Assembly (NCBI GenBank): GCA_036172245.1 | Contig: JAYWIR010000035.1 | Location: 2,232,001 to 2,296,000 of the forward strand | Origin: Raillietiella orientalis | Lineage: Eukaryota | DNA: 64,000 nt | Reading direction: 5' to 3' | Shown here: piece after piece, positions 12,511 through 24,430 of the stretch | Position numbering within the stretch: the first letter of the stretch is position 1 | Layout of the letters: each line of letters begins with the position of its first letter | The notes under the pieces: model-generated | Database searches by the model: none | Told to the model about the DNA's origin: nothing | Seen by the model: the letters and a program-made list of their open reading frames with translations, nothing else | Made by a program: the position numbers and the translations under genes

Positions 12511-15436
12511 GCTCGCCAAGGGATTTGGGAAGGGGCCGCGTAACGAAAGATGCTATCTTCAGACCCGACGTTACGCGAGAACCCCCGACATGCGCAGCTT
12601 AGCAGAGTTTCGAGCGGGAGCCGAGAGGCAAGCCTGGCAATCCGGGTCGGCCAGCTTGCTGGTCGACCAGGGCCGGGAGCACTCGGCTCCTGCTCAGAAG
12701 CGCTGGATTGTGAAGAAATTTTACTCCTCCCTTCACGTCAGGGCGCCTCCGGAGCGAGACGTCTCACGACTTCAGCTTCCGGAAGGTGCTCCAGCGATTG
12801 GGGAGGAGGAGAAAAGAAGCCTCGACGAGCCTTTTACGATGGTCGAGATCCTCTCGGCCATCGGAAAGCTCAAGAGGCGGAAGGCTCCAGGGGAGGACGG
12901 CCTGCCCGCGGAGTTTTACCAAACTTTTGCGGCAGAGCTTACCCCTCTGCTACATCAGCTCACCTTGCTGATTCGCGAGACAGGTGACGTTCCCACCTCG
13001 TTTCGTTCAGCAAAGGTGCGGCTCCTCCCGAAGGGGGGAGACCTAAGGAGCATGAACAACTGGCGTTCCATCACAATATTGAATGCGGACGCCAAGTTGA
13101 TAGCCAAGATGTAAGTAGAGCGTCTGGGACGGGTTGCCAACATCTTCTTCAGCCCGGAACAGACTTATGCTGTTCCCGGGCGGAGCATGGAGGCGAACCT
13201 GTTCCACGCTTCCACATGGTTAGAGCTCCAACAAAGAAGGGGCTTATTGAGCAGCCGGAATTCCGGTGCGTCCGTTATTGGGAGACGGAACGGTCGGGTG
13301 GGGAAGGGAGCCCTTGCGGTCGCTGTCGACTTGCGTAAAGCATTCGACAGCGTCGACCAGAATCTCCTGCTGGAGCTTCTGGAACGCTTGGGCTTCCCGG
13401 CCTCTTTGTTGGCCTACCTGCGCTCCAGCTGGCGCGACGCGCTCATTAATGTTCTTTTCAGCGGGCAAACCGTGCACGGAGTACCGTTGCGACGCAGCAT
13501 ACGGCAGGAACACAGCCTGAGCCCCCTGCTCTTTAGCGCTTTTTTCGAATTGGTGCTGAGAGCGTACAGGGAGACTCTGGCGCACGTGCCGCGCGATTGT
13601 CCCGGTACGCTTGCGGTTTCGGCATACGCGGACGATCTTCTGCTACTGCTCCCTATGTCCACCCCGGCTTCGGCGGTTTAGAAGTTCTTCGACCTGCTGC
13701 ATTGGGGAACTGGACTTATGGTGAACAGGGGGAAGTCGTCCGTAATGCCAGTCGGAGCGGCGTGGGCAAAGCAGCAGGACTGGGTCCGTTTGGGGATCCC
13801 TACGGTGAGGTACTTCAAGTACCTTGGTGTGCCGTTGGGGGACTACTCCCCTGCGGAAGCGTGGTCCGCCTGCCTTCAGAAGGTTCAGGCGGTGATAGGC
13901 CCGTTCCAGGACGGCAGGTTCTACCTGCAGGAACGGGCCGCGGCGTGGAACGCGTTTGCGGCACCCCTCCTTCGCATCTTGCTTTTTGTTTGTCCCCCTC
14001 AGCGAAGTCTAGGAAAAGGACGAAGGACCTCCTGAGGATAGCCCTTTGGTGCAGAGGGAGGCCCCGAGTCCGTCTCGCGGACTTGTGGGCTCCGCGTCGG
14101 GACGGCGATCTTGGCCTCCTGACGCTGGAGCGGCTGGAGCTTCAGCTCCAGTTCCGGAGTGTTGCCTTCATGGCAAAAAATTGGTGGACCGCCTGGTGCC
14201 TCCCTACACGTCTCCTCGTCGAACGGGCCACCGGCAATGCGATACCTTCGTCCTACTTTGCACTCCGAAGCCCCATCTGCCACTGCGGACTTCAGCTTCG
14301 AAGGGCGGCCAAGCTCGTGAATACCAACTCGGCGCGTATCCTCGTACGCCCCGCTAACGGTCCTGCCTGGTTGCAGGAAACCGTCCGCACGTGGGCGATG
14401 ACTCAGGAGCAGAGCCCGCAACACGAACGAACAGCTCTGTTCGGGCCTCACGCCCACCGCAAGCTCCGAGAAATCTTCGAGGATCCCCGAAGGAGAGCGT
14501 GGACTCAAGGAACCTCCCTTGCTGCGGTACTGCTTACCCTACGGGAACATCTGGGCAGCGACGTCGCAGCACAATGGGAGGTTGCTGTCAAGATCGCCAG
14601 CAGGGCAAAGAAGATCGGGGATTGCAGAACGGGTCAGCTCACCAACGCTGCGACCCCGAGGACCAATCCACACGGACTCTTGCGCTATGGCGAGCTACTG
14701 GATATTCCGGAGGAACATCTGGAGTGGCCCCCGGTGCTCATGGACTCGCGCACCCTCTTCATCAAGTGGCAACAGTCGGCACTCCTGGTGTTGCACTGGG
14801 GCCTCCCCTGCAACGCCCGGCGACACCACTGGACGCAAGGGGCTGTCAACTTCAATTGTCTCAGGTGCGTGGAGAGGGAATACCTCCCCCACCTGCTAGT
14901 GGAATGTGTTGCCCTCCGTCCCTTGTGGGAACGCTTTGCCGCAGCCCTGGGGATCCCCGGAAGCAACCCCAGAGATGCTTTGCGCCCCCTCTTCGTCCGT
15001 GATGCTCTGCCTCCGGCGGCCTCGCTTGCAGCCCTGTGCTGCCTACGCGGGATCGTCGTGGCCTGGAACAAAGCGACGGGAGGGTCCAGCGACAGAAACG
15101 CCACCGTGTACGCCGCCGGTTTCCTAAGGATGGAGACGCGATGGCCAAATCTGGAACCCACCATTCAGCGACAACTTGCCGGCATCCTCCAGAGGATGAC
15201 GGACCCTCCCAGCAGACAGTGATCACTTCCCGCTCCCTTCCCGGTTTTGTTTATTTTTTTGTTTTTTTTTTCTTTGATTCCCCCTTCCCTCTGCTGCCGA
15301 GGTCAACCGCGCCGGTCTGTGCACCGGTAGCCCGGCAGGCTGAATGTTTCCAGGACGTGGCTGGACTACTGGTCCAGTCGCAGTTCATATGAGTTTATTT
15401 GAAAAAATAAACGTCCTGGCGTACCGCGTTTAAAGA
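12511..15436 (+). mobile_element. Family D element, 3' part (RT to 3' end); continuation of 4890-6355
   Basis: Resumes at LAKGFGKGPRNER; RT pieces 12511-13114, 13187-13681 (YADD), 13718-14035 and to 15222 (CLRC..HLLVEC); ends AATAAACGTCCTGGCGTACCGCGTTTAAAG. Confidence 0.88.
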
Positions 15437-15777
15437 GAGACTCTAGAGCGTGACGTCTCTCAGCAATTCGCGAAGGTGTTCCTTCGAACCTGAGAGTCGC
15501 GTCCAGTCCCCCGGCATACGCCAATTCCTGGATGGCGGTCCCTTGTCGCAAGGCCGCATCTCGTAAATTAACCGGGAATGGTCCGACAACGTCGACGCAA
15601 CCCTCCCCCGTTTGCCGACCCGTGAACACAGGCAAGCGTCGAGAAGGACGTGGTAGATGCTGCGAACCATTCCCCTCTCACCCGCGAACAAGTTGCGCGC
15701 ACGCATGGCGGCGCACAACTCGTTCATCGCGTTCTCTTGTGTTTCTGGCTCACCTGTTAGCAGACGGAGATTGAAAT
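15437..15777 (-). mobile_element. Family C endonuclease fragment
   Basis: ORF 15443-15784, FNLRLL...SDHSRL...RDVTL; matches 63235-63563. Confidence 0.85.
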
Positions 15778-18511
15778 TTATCACCCGGTCACGCCGGGGC
15801 GTTTATTAATAATAATAAACTGGTCAGGGACAATGTTCCCAACCAACAGAACGACAGAGAACATAGAAAAATTACCGGCACGCAGGCCTGGTAAACAAAC
15901 CGCTCGCAGCGTGGGAGAAATGAGGGGAAACAAACAAAAATCAAAAACTGGAGGGAAGGGTAAAGGGTTTTTGGTTAGGCTCCGTACTCACGGGGATTTA
16001 AACGATGAGCACCTAAAATGTTCCGGAGCCTATGGGGACGCGGGTGTAAAAAGAAAATACAAAATTAGTTTATGGAGGGTAGGGCAATGATCACCGGGTT
16101 GGCCGCTGCTGAGCGTGTGTAAACCGGCGGTGTATTGCGGCGAGATTCCTTTTTGTCTCCTCTGTCAAATGAGGCCATCTAGCGGATCCTCCCATGTAGA
16201 AGGATTTTTTGCTGATTACCTCTTGGTGCTGTCCGTTGATTACCAACGCCTGGCGGACGGAAACTATCGCGCGTATGCAACCGATGGTTGCAATCCTTGC
16301 GCTTAGTGACAGCCCGCTCGGCGTGAAGAATCGTCGCAGCAAGTCTCTTGAGGTGTCCACGGGATGCATAAGTGCTGTTGCCAGCCTACGCCACAGTCCT
16401 TTTAGGAAACCGCAGTCCAGAAGTAGATGCGGAATCGACTCGGTCGATCCGCACCGAACGCAGTACGCAGACTAAAGTCCCCCGGAGTCACGATGCCAAC
16501 GCTCGTTGCACTGAAAACCCCAGTGAACTAAAAGCAGCACGGCTTGTTTCCAAGCAAGGGGGAGCAGCGAACTGTCAATACACTGTGGAGGGACTACAAG
16601 TTCTTCGGGGGTAACAGCAAGTTCTTCTGTTCACCGGAGGAGTCCCTTGGCAGTAACACGAGGAGTGGCGGCGTCCGCCAACTCACTCGTCTTCCAGGCG
16701 CCAAGGAGTTTAATTTTTATCGCTATCGTGCAGGAAACCTCCCACCTCGCCGGTTGGTAACTGTCGTTTCTTGCCCTGAGGACAGACAGCGATGCGGCAA
16801 GAGGCGTGGCAGCCAGGGTAGAAAACTTCACCTCGTCCTGCAGTACTTCTTCCAAGGATCGTGGAAAAAATTGACGCAGGGGGCGAACATCTTCAGGGCG
16901 TATTCCTTGGAACGCCGCCCAGGATTCAACAGACTCCTGCCGCCAAGCTTTAAAGTTCATTGGGCGGCAGGAGATCCACGAGTGAGCTTCCAGAAGTGCG
17001 GTCAACTGCCGCAATGGAAACCCGAAACCCCGCTTCCTGTATTGAGTGCCCGGCAAAAGCGAGAGAAATCCTCCGCTGCCGGCGCATCTCCGCAGGAGAA
17101 TGCGTGCTGGCACACACAGGGGGGATGTCCATAGCTGGGCACACACTGCCAGCAGTCGGAACTGCACCTGCAGTCCGATTCGCTCCATTGTCAAGATACT
17201 CAAACCAGCATCCCGACGCGGAGCTAACAAATCTTTAAGGCGGATCCTGGATCTCGCCGGATCCCAGAGAGCGTTCCTGAGCAGGCGTTTAGCCCGCTGT
17301 TTTGCCGCATAGGGTGGGTCCAAAACAAGAAACAGGGGACGGAGGAGGGGGGCCACAAAGGTGTTCCAAATAGTCGCCCGTTCCTGCAAGGTAAACTTGC
17401 CGTTAAAGAACGGGCTGATGGCCAACTCTGCTTCCTGAAGGCAGTCCGCCCACGCTTCGGCTGCGCTGAAAGCGCCCAACGGAACGTTAAGGTACTTAAA
17501 GTACCCGCCCGTGGGGATCCCCAGGCGGATCCAGTCGGACTGCCCCTCCCACGACGTACCCACAGGAACGACCACGCTCTTCTCTCTGTTCACGCTCATG
17601 CCCGCTTCCCGACGAATCGGGTCGAAGAAATCCTCGACACTGGACGCCGGGGTGGACATGGAGAGCAGAAGAAGCAGGTCATCAGCGTAGGCGGCCACGG
17701 CAGGCGTTCCCGGGCAGGAGCTTGGCAAGTGAGACAGCGTCAGCCTGTATGCTCTTAGCACCAACTCAAAGAAGATGCTGAAGAGCAACGGGCTTAAGCT
17801 GTCGCCCTGTCGGATGCCCCTACGAACGGGAATACCATACACGCGGCAGCCGCTGAAAGTAATGCAGGTTAGCGCGTGGCGCGAGCACGCGCGCAAATAC
17901 AGCAGGAGTTGCGCCGGGAACCCAAGGCGTTCCATAAGCTCCAAGAGCAGCTTCTGGTTTACGCAGTCGAACGCCTTGTGGAGATCGACCGCGACCGCCA
18001 AGGCACCTGGCGTTCCCTCCTGCCGTCGGCGCCTGTTCTTCTTGCCTGCGGCAGTGACTTCCGCAGCAGCCTGGCTTTGCTGCGCGACAACTTCCTGCAG
18101 CTGCATCCATGTACGCGCGAAAAGGATGTTCGCCTCCATGGATCGTCCCGGAACCGCGTAGGTTTGTTCCGGGCTCACCACAGATTCCGAGATACTTCCT
18201 AACCGCGCGACCCACAGCTTGGAAAACAACTTGACGTCCGAGTTCACCAAGGTGATCGGACGCCAGTTGTTAAGTTGACGCAAGTCTCCGCCTTTCGGTA
18301 GGAGACGCACCTTCGCTGAGCGGAATGAATACAAGACATTCCCGGATTCACTCATCAGCGTCGCGAGTTTCAGCATCAAGGGAATGAGCTCCATTGCAAA
18401 GCACTGATAAAACTCTGCAGGGAGCCTATCCTCGCCTAGCGCGTTTCGTCTCTTCAGCCCAGCGATTGCGTACAACGAGGAGTAGTAGCGCTTGACTGCG
18501 CGGTGCACGGC
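15778..18511 (-). mobile_element. Family E element, 3' half (RT, zinc finger, 3' UTR)
   Basis: ORF 16631-18511 with VDLHKAFD/IRQGD/YADD; 3' end AATAAACGCCCCGGCGTGACCGGGTGATAA. Confidence 0.88.
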
Positions 18512-18584
18512 GGACGCAATTGTGGATAGAAAGTTTTTCTTTTCTGGTGCTTCGTATGTGTTTCGCGGCCGTTGGCAGGCAGAA

Positions 18585-20198
18585 ATGCCTTTGAACGCTG
18601 CAGTTTCAGGTGAGGGAGGCAAGAAGACCGCGTCTCCCAAGCCAAAGGAGGTGGGATCACGCCCCACCACTTCTTCTGAACCCGCCACTACGGCGAGGGG
18701 CTGGAGCGCGGTGGCAGCGGCGGAAACGCCCGATGTCGCCGCCGAAATCCAATCCTACATCCAGGAGGGCTACAATCCGGCCCTCCTGTACAAGGTAGGC
18801 AATTTATATTCCCCGTTAAGGGCGCGAAAGTTCGGCAATGCCATCAAAAAGATGGGCATTGCCGACCATGAAATTCTTTGCCTCTCTATACGGAGCGGAG
18901 GGCAGTTGGCGGAGCTCATCTGCAAGGATGCAGCTCTTACCCACAAGATGCTCTGCACGCCCGTACAATTTGAGGGCAGGAATTTACTCCCACACACGGT
19001 GGACCACTCCATTGTGGTCCACCTAACAGGGACAACAGTACGGATGGATGAGAACGCCATCCGCGCTGAACTGGAAAAATACGCAAGCGTTTTCGCGATG
19101 TGGAGAAAGCCCAACACCTTCGGAGTGAACGTTGCATTTAGTGGGCGAGCAGGCGCGCGCGTGACGCTTCGAGAAAGCGTACAGCTTCCCCACAAGCTCC
19201 AAATTGGCGAAGAGTTCGTCGACATTTGGTTTGTGGGAAAACCTAAATTTTGTGGAAACTGTAAGTCGTTCGGGCATTTGAAAAAGCGGTGCGCGGACGC
19301 AGTTTGCCCAACGTGCGGCGCGAAGGGCCACACCAAAGTGGTGTGCCCGATGAACGTCGCTCCAACGCCGGAACTTCCGCAAAAGAAGGAAGGGAAGGCA
19401 AAAATAGTGATAAACCCCACAAAAGGGGATCAGCCGTCGGCTCCGACAAAAGTCGCGCAGCAGGAAAGGGACTCGGTACAGAAGCTCCCGGAAAAGACTG
19501 CCGACGAGGAAGGCTGGCAGCTGGTCACCCGTAAAGTAAAAATTGTTAAAAAAACCGCGCCCGCACCGGCGAAAGTGGTGAAGGGCAAGGGGAAGGTCGC
19601 GCCACGCCCAACAATCAAAGCGTGCAGCGTGGCCATCAAACGCGTGCCGGCGATCGATACTCGCTCCGCTGACGGATCGATGCGACGTGACGTCACGCCA
19701 GCTGTTCAAGCCGCCGCCGCGCGAACGCCGACGCCGCGACAAAGTCGCGAGCCCAGCGTGAGCAGCGACGACCGGGACTTCAACAAGGCGGCGGAAGAGT
19801 TGGCAGCCATGCTCCAGCAGCCTCCCAAGGCCCAGAAGAAGGCCTTGAGGCGTCCGGCTGAGGCGAAAGGACCGGAGACTTCCGAGTCCGAAGCCGAAGC
19901 CGGCAAGGCTCCGGCTGTCGCTCTCCCGAAGCGCAAAGCGGGCCGCAAGGTAGGCAACCCGCGGCGCTCCGCACCTCCACCGGCGGAGGAGGAAATGCGG
20001 TCGGACGACGACGACGGGGAGGCGATGTCCGCGAGGTCTCGCGACTCCTCGCCGGAGACGTCCCTGGCCAAGCAGGATCCTCCAACCACCACCACAACCA
20101 CTTACGGACCGCCTCCTTGCGAGCAACAGCCCGTCGCAATGGATACACAACTCCCGCCTGCTGAACAGCAGGCGGAGGACGGTAAGCAAGCACAATAA
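18585..20198 (+). CDS. Family F ORF1, intact 537-aa zinc-knuckle nucleic-acid-binding protein
   Basis: ATG at 18585, open to TAA at 20198; CGNCKSFGHLKKRC and CPTCGAKGHTKVVC; low-complexity tail. Confidence 0.88.
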   Translation: MPLNAAVSGEGGKKTASPKPKEVGSRPTTSSEPATTARGWSAVAAAETPDVAAEIQSYIQEGYNPALLYKVGNLYSPLRARKFGNAIKKMGIADHEILCLSIRSGGQLAELICKDAALTHKMLCTPVQFEGRNLLPHTVDHSIVVHLTGTTVRMDENAIRAELEKYASVFAMWRKPNTFGVNVAFSGRAGARVTLRESVQLPHKLQIGEEFVDIWFVGKPKFCGNCKSFGHLKKRCADAVCPTCGAKGHTKVVCPMNVAPTPELPQKKEGKAKIVINPTKGDQPSAPTKVAQQERDSVQKLPEKTADEEGWQLVTRKVKIVKKTAPAPAKVVKGKGKVAPRPTIKACSVAIKRVPAIDTRSADGSMRRDVTPAVQAAAARTPTPRQSREPSVSSDDRDFNKAAEELAAMLQQPPKAQKKALRRPAEAKGPETSESEAEAGKAPAVALPKRKAGRKVGNPRRSAPPPAEEEMRSDDDDGEAMSARSRDSSPETSLAKQDPPTTTTTTYGPPPCEQQPVAMDTQLPPAEQQAEDGKQAQ

Positions 20199-21088
20199 AC
20201 ACACCAACGCGTGGACTCTCCTCCTGCCGGCGACTGCGCGTAATCTGTTGGAACGTCAACGGGTTGCGCGACGACGGCAAGAGGAGAGAAGTGGCCGCCA
20301 GCATGCGGGACTTCGACCTGGCGCTTCTGCAGGAGACGCACGTGCTCCACGCAGGGGAGGCCCAGGAAATCGAACGGATCGCAGGCGGGCGGCTCGTATA
20401 CCAAAACGGGAGAGACCACACCCGCGGTGTGGCTTTCATGCTGAAGCCAGCCGTCGTTAATGCGCTGCGCGACGTGCACTTCGACGGGGAAGGTCAAATC
20501 GGGCAGCTTGTTGCCAAGTGGTCCGACGCGATCAACCTCGTCGTGACCAACGTGTACGCGCCCGGCACGAGCCACAGGCGCGGGGAACGCACTGCGTTCT
20601 TCAAAGGCCTGCGGCGAGATTGGCTGGCCGAAGCAGACATGCGAAAGGCGCACCTCATTGCCGGGGACTTTAACGTCCGCCTGCTGGCAGGTGCGCCCGA
20701 CATTCGCGCACAGCTTGTCAACGAGATGTGCGCTGCCATGCACGCGCGCAACTTGTTGGCCGGTGACGCCGGGACGGAGACGAGGATCGACCACATGTTC
20801 CTCGACAACCACCTGTGTTCGCGGGTGGGAAATCGAGGGGCAGTGCCATCCGAACTTTCCGACCATCCCCGGCTGGCGCTAGAAATACACCCGCGCGGTA
20901 GAGGTCCACCCTCCACAGCGTGGCGTTTGCCCGGGGACTGGTTGCGCCTCGAAGGAGCAGCGCAACATCTTCGCTCGTTTCTGCAAGGCTTCCATCTGCA
21001 GTCGCTCGCGGACTGGGACGACTTGAAGAGCTCACTCCGCGAGTTCTGCGACCAGTTTCCCCTGAACCGTCTCCCTCCAGATTTCGGC
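20195..21088 (+). pseudogene. Family F ORF2 endonuclease domain (open frame, truncated by insertion)
   Basis: CWNVNG, LLQET, NVYAP, AGDFN, RIDH and SDH all present. Confidence 0.9.
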
Positions 21089-24000
21089 GTTGCCACCCGG
21101 GTACGCCCGGGGCGTTTATTGATAAACTTTACATGCGTGGTAGAAGGCCCCACCACGACCGTAAACACAGGACCTGTCGGGACACCGGGACGCAGCCCGG
21201 CGTGGCACTCCCCGACAGCGAAGGGGGATGGGGATGAGACAAAAAGTAAAATAAAAAGAAACAAACAAAAAGAAGTTGGAGGGCAGGGAAGGGATCACTG
21301 GTCGCTGTGGGGAGGGCCCATCCGTCGAACGAAGCACTCGAGGTCAGCCTGCATATTCCCCAGTTAAGGCCATCCGGCAGCTCTTCGCAAGAAGCGTTTG
21401 GCATACGGGATGACATCCCTCGCCTGTGGACCCACTCCTTCGTTGTTGGCGTCGCTCGATGCCCCCACGATGCCACGGACGCAGCACAAGGCTGCGATGG
21501 CTGCGGCTGGCTGCAGTGCGTCCTTAACGAAGAGGGGCCGAAGAACGTCTCTGGGGGTGCTGCCCGTAGGGAGCCCAAGGGTCGTCCCGAACCGTTCCCA
21601 AAGGGGTCGGAGGGCAGCACAATCCACAATAAGGTGGGGAAGCGACTCCCGCTCCCCGCACCTGGCACACGCAGGATCCACAGCTCCCCTCGTCCAGTGG
21701 AAGCGGCGCGCGTTGCAGGGTAGACCCCAGTGCAACAAAAGCAACGCCGACTCTTGCCCCTTGAGGGGCAGGATCCTGGATTCCTTCATCACCGGGGGCC
21801 ACTTCAGCTCATCCCTGGGGATGGCGAGCAGCTCGCCCCATCTTAATAATCCTCGCGGCTGGACGCTCGGGGTCGAGGCGTCGGCCAGTTCTCCTGTTGT
21901 CCAGCCGCTGATCAACTTCTCGCGTCCCTCGATGCAGCAGGAGACTTGCCACCTTGGCGTCCGGGTGCTGTGAAGTGCCCTCCTTAGGAAGGGTAGCGCC
22001 GTAGCTAGGCAGGTCGTCTCTGCCCACGTGCATCTTGCTGAACTCTCCAGGAGATTCCGCAGCGTGCAGCGGGCGTAGGGGCTGCATCGGAGACGATTCC
22101 ACGTTTCGTGGCTTCTCTGGTTGACTACTGCCCACGTTCCAATATCCTCCTCCAGCCAAGCGGGGGAGTTGGCGGGGCAGCAAACCATCCAGCTGTTCTC
22201 CTTGGCCAATGTTGCCATGCGCCCGAGCAGTAGGCCGCATCTTCGCATCTTCCGGCCACGGCTCAGAAGAAAAGACGCGAGTCCATCGCACCGGGACACA
22301 CGGCTGGCCAGGAGGCGGGCCGGAGTGCACCAAGGGGTGCTCCACATCTTCGCTGCGATGGCGAGGGTTCGCCACCGCAGCTGCTGTTCCACGCGCTCCA
22401 GCGTCAGGAGGCCAAGACCGCCGTCCCGACGCGGAGCGCACAAGTCCTTCAGTGGGACTCGGGGCCTCCCTTTGCCCCAAAGGGCGATACGGAGGAGGTC
22501 CTTCGTCCTCTTCTTGGATTCCACGGTGGGGGGGCAAACAAAAAGCAAGGGGCGGAGGATGGGGGCCGCGAAGGCGTTCCAAACCGCGGCCCGTTCCGGC
22601 AAGTGAAACTTGCCTTCCAGGAACGGTCCGATCGCCGTCTCGACTTTTTGGAGGCAGCTGGACCACGCTTCCACAGGGGAGTAGTCCCCCAACGGCACAC
22701 CAAGGTACTTGAAGCACCTCGCCGTGGGGATCCCCAGACGGACCCAGTCCTGCTGCCCTCCCCACGCCGCACCTATTGGCACAACCGACGACTTCGCCCT
22801 GTTAACCTGCAGTCCGGTCCCGCGGCTGAGCAGATCGAAGAAGTCTCCGACCGCCTTCGCCGGAGTGGACATTGGCAACAAAAGCAGAAGATCGTGGGCG
22901 TACGCTGCTACGGCAGGCGTGCCGGGGCACGAGCTCGGCAATGGGGTCAAAGTCACCCTGTACGCTCTCAGCACCAACTCAAAGTAGGTGCTGAAGAGCA
23001 GGGGGCTGAGGCTATCTCCCTGCCTTATGCCCCGCCGCACCGGCACGCCATACACCTTTTGACCGCTGGAAGAGACAGTAATTATCGCATTCCGCCAGGA
23101 AGAGCGCAGGTAAAAAATCAGGGAGGGTGGAAAGCCCATGCAACCCAGGAGCTCCAAGAGGAGTTCCTGGTCTACACAGTCGAACGCCTTGTGGAGGTCG
23201 ACTGCGAGCGCTAGGGCCCCCTTCCCCGCCCGGGGGTCCCTTCCCAGCTCGGCTGGAGGCCCCAATGTGGGGTTGCCGACTTTCCCTATCCCTTTCTTTT
23301 CTCTTCTCTGCAGGTGCACCCATGTGCTTGCGAAGAAGAGGTTGGCATCCATACTTCGACCAAGAACAGCATATGTCTGCTCCGGGCTAATTATGGATTC
23401 TGCAACCAGCCCCAGACGCGAAGCCCATAGCCCGGCAACCAACTTGGCGTCCGTATCCACAATCGTGATCGGACGCCAGTTCTTTAAATCTCTGAGGTCT
23501 CCCCCTTTCGGAAGGAGCCTCACTCTGGGTGACTGAAACGAGGCAGGAACATCGCCTTCGTCTCGGATCAGTCTTGTCAGCTGGAGCAGGAGGGGTGCCA
23601 GCTCTTCCGCGAAGCTCTGGTAGAACTCCGCGGGCAAGCCGTCTTCTTCTGAAGCTTTGCGTTTCTTGAGCCTTTTGATACCGGCGAGAATTTCGCCGGT
23701 CGTAAAAGGCTCATCGAGGCTTAACGACTCCTCCTTTCCTATTGCCGCGGCACCATCCGGAAGCAAGAGCGGAGAGGCATCTTGATCCGGGGGCGCCCTG
23801 GCGTAAAAAGAGGAATAATAACTCCGCACAAGATGCCGAACCAACGCCGGGGACGAACATTGCCGGCCCTGGTCGTCCAGCATGCTGGCTGACCCGGATT
23901 GTTAGGCTTGGGGTTCGGCCCTGGCGCGGTACTCGGCCAGGCAACGGACATTAGGGGTTCTCTCGTACCTACTAGCCTGTGAATAGGCCCGATTGTTGCG

Positions 24001-24430
24001 AGGACCCTTGCCGAATCCGGGGGGCAGGCGGTCCAAGGGGAACTGCACGCAGAACTCCCGGACCGAGGCCTTACAAAGGTCCCAATCCAGAAGACTTTGG
24101 AAGGTGACGCGTCTCAGGAATTCGCGAAGGTGTTCCTTTGCACCTGAAAGTCGCGTTCAGTCCCCCGGCAGACGCCACTCCCTGGATGGCGGTCCCTTGT
24201 CGCGAGGTTGCATCTCGAAAATGAGCCGGGAATGATCCGACAGCGTCGACGCAATCTTCCCCCGTTTGCCGACTCGTGAACACAGGTCAGCGTCGACAAA
24301 GACGTCGTAGATGCTGCGGACCATTCCCCTGTCAACCGCGAACAAGTTGCGCGCACGCATGGCGGCGCACAACTCGTTCATCGCGTTCTCTTGTGTTCCA
24401 GGCTCACCTGTTAGCACGCAAAGATTGAAT
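21089..24430 (-). mobile_element. Family C element (from EN FN motif to 3' end)
   Basis: ORF 21364-23883 (839 aa; RT motif reads YAHD; CARCGERESLPHLIVDC); hairpin 3' end at 21089-21120. Confidence 0.9.

Larger units (their letters stand above)
18512..21088 (+). mobile_element. Family F element, 5' half (ORF1 + endonuclease), cut at DFG by a C element
   Basis: Begins GGACGCAATT; uninterrupted ORF1 and EN frames; ends LNRLPPDFG. Confidence 0.9.

Noticed and set aside
18585..20198. Gag-like zinc knuckles as an LTR retrotransposon
   Set aside because: No LTRs, protease or integrase are seen; the ORF is followed directly by APE.
21364..23883. 839-aa ORF as an active RT
   Set aside because: The catalytic motif reads YAHD, there are upstream stops, and the EN is split by E.
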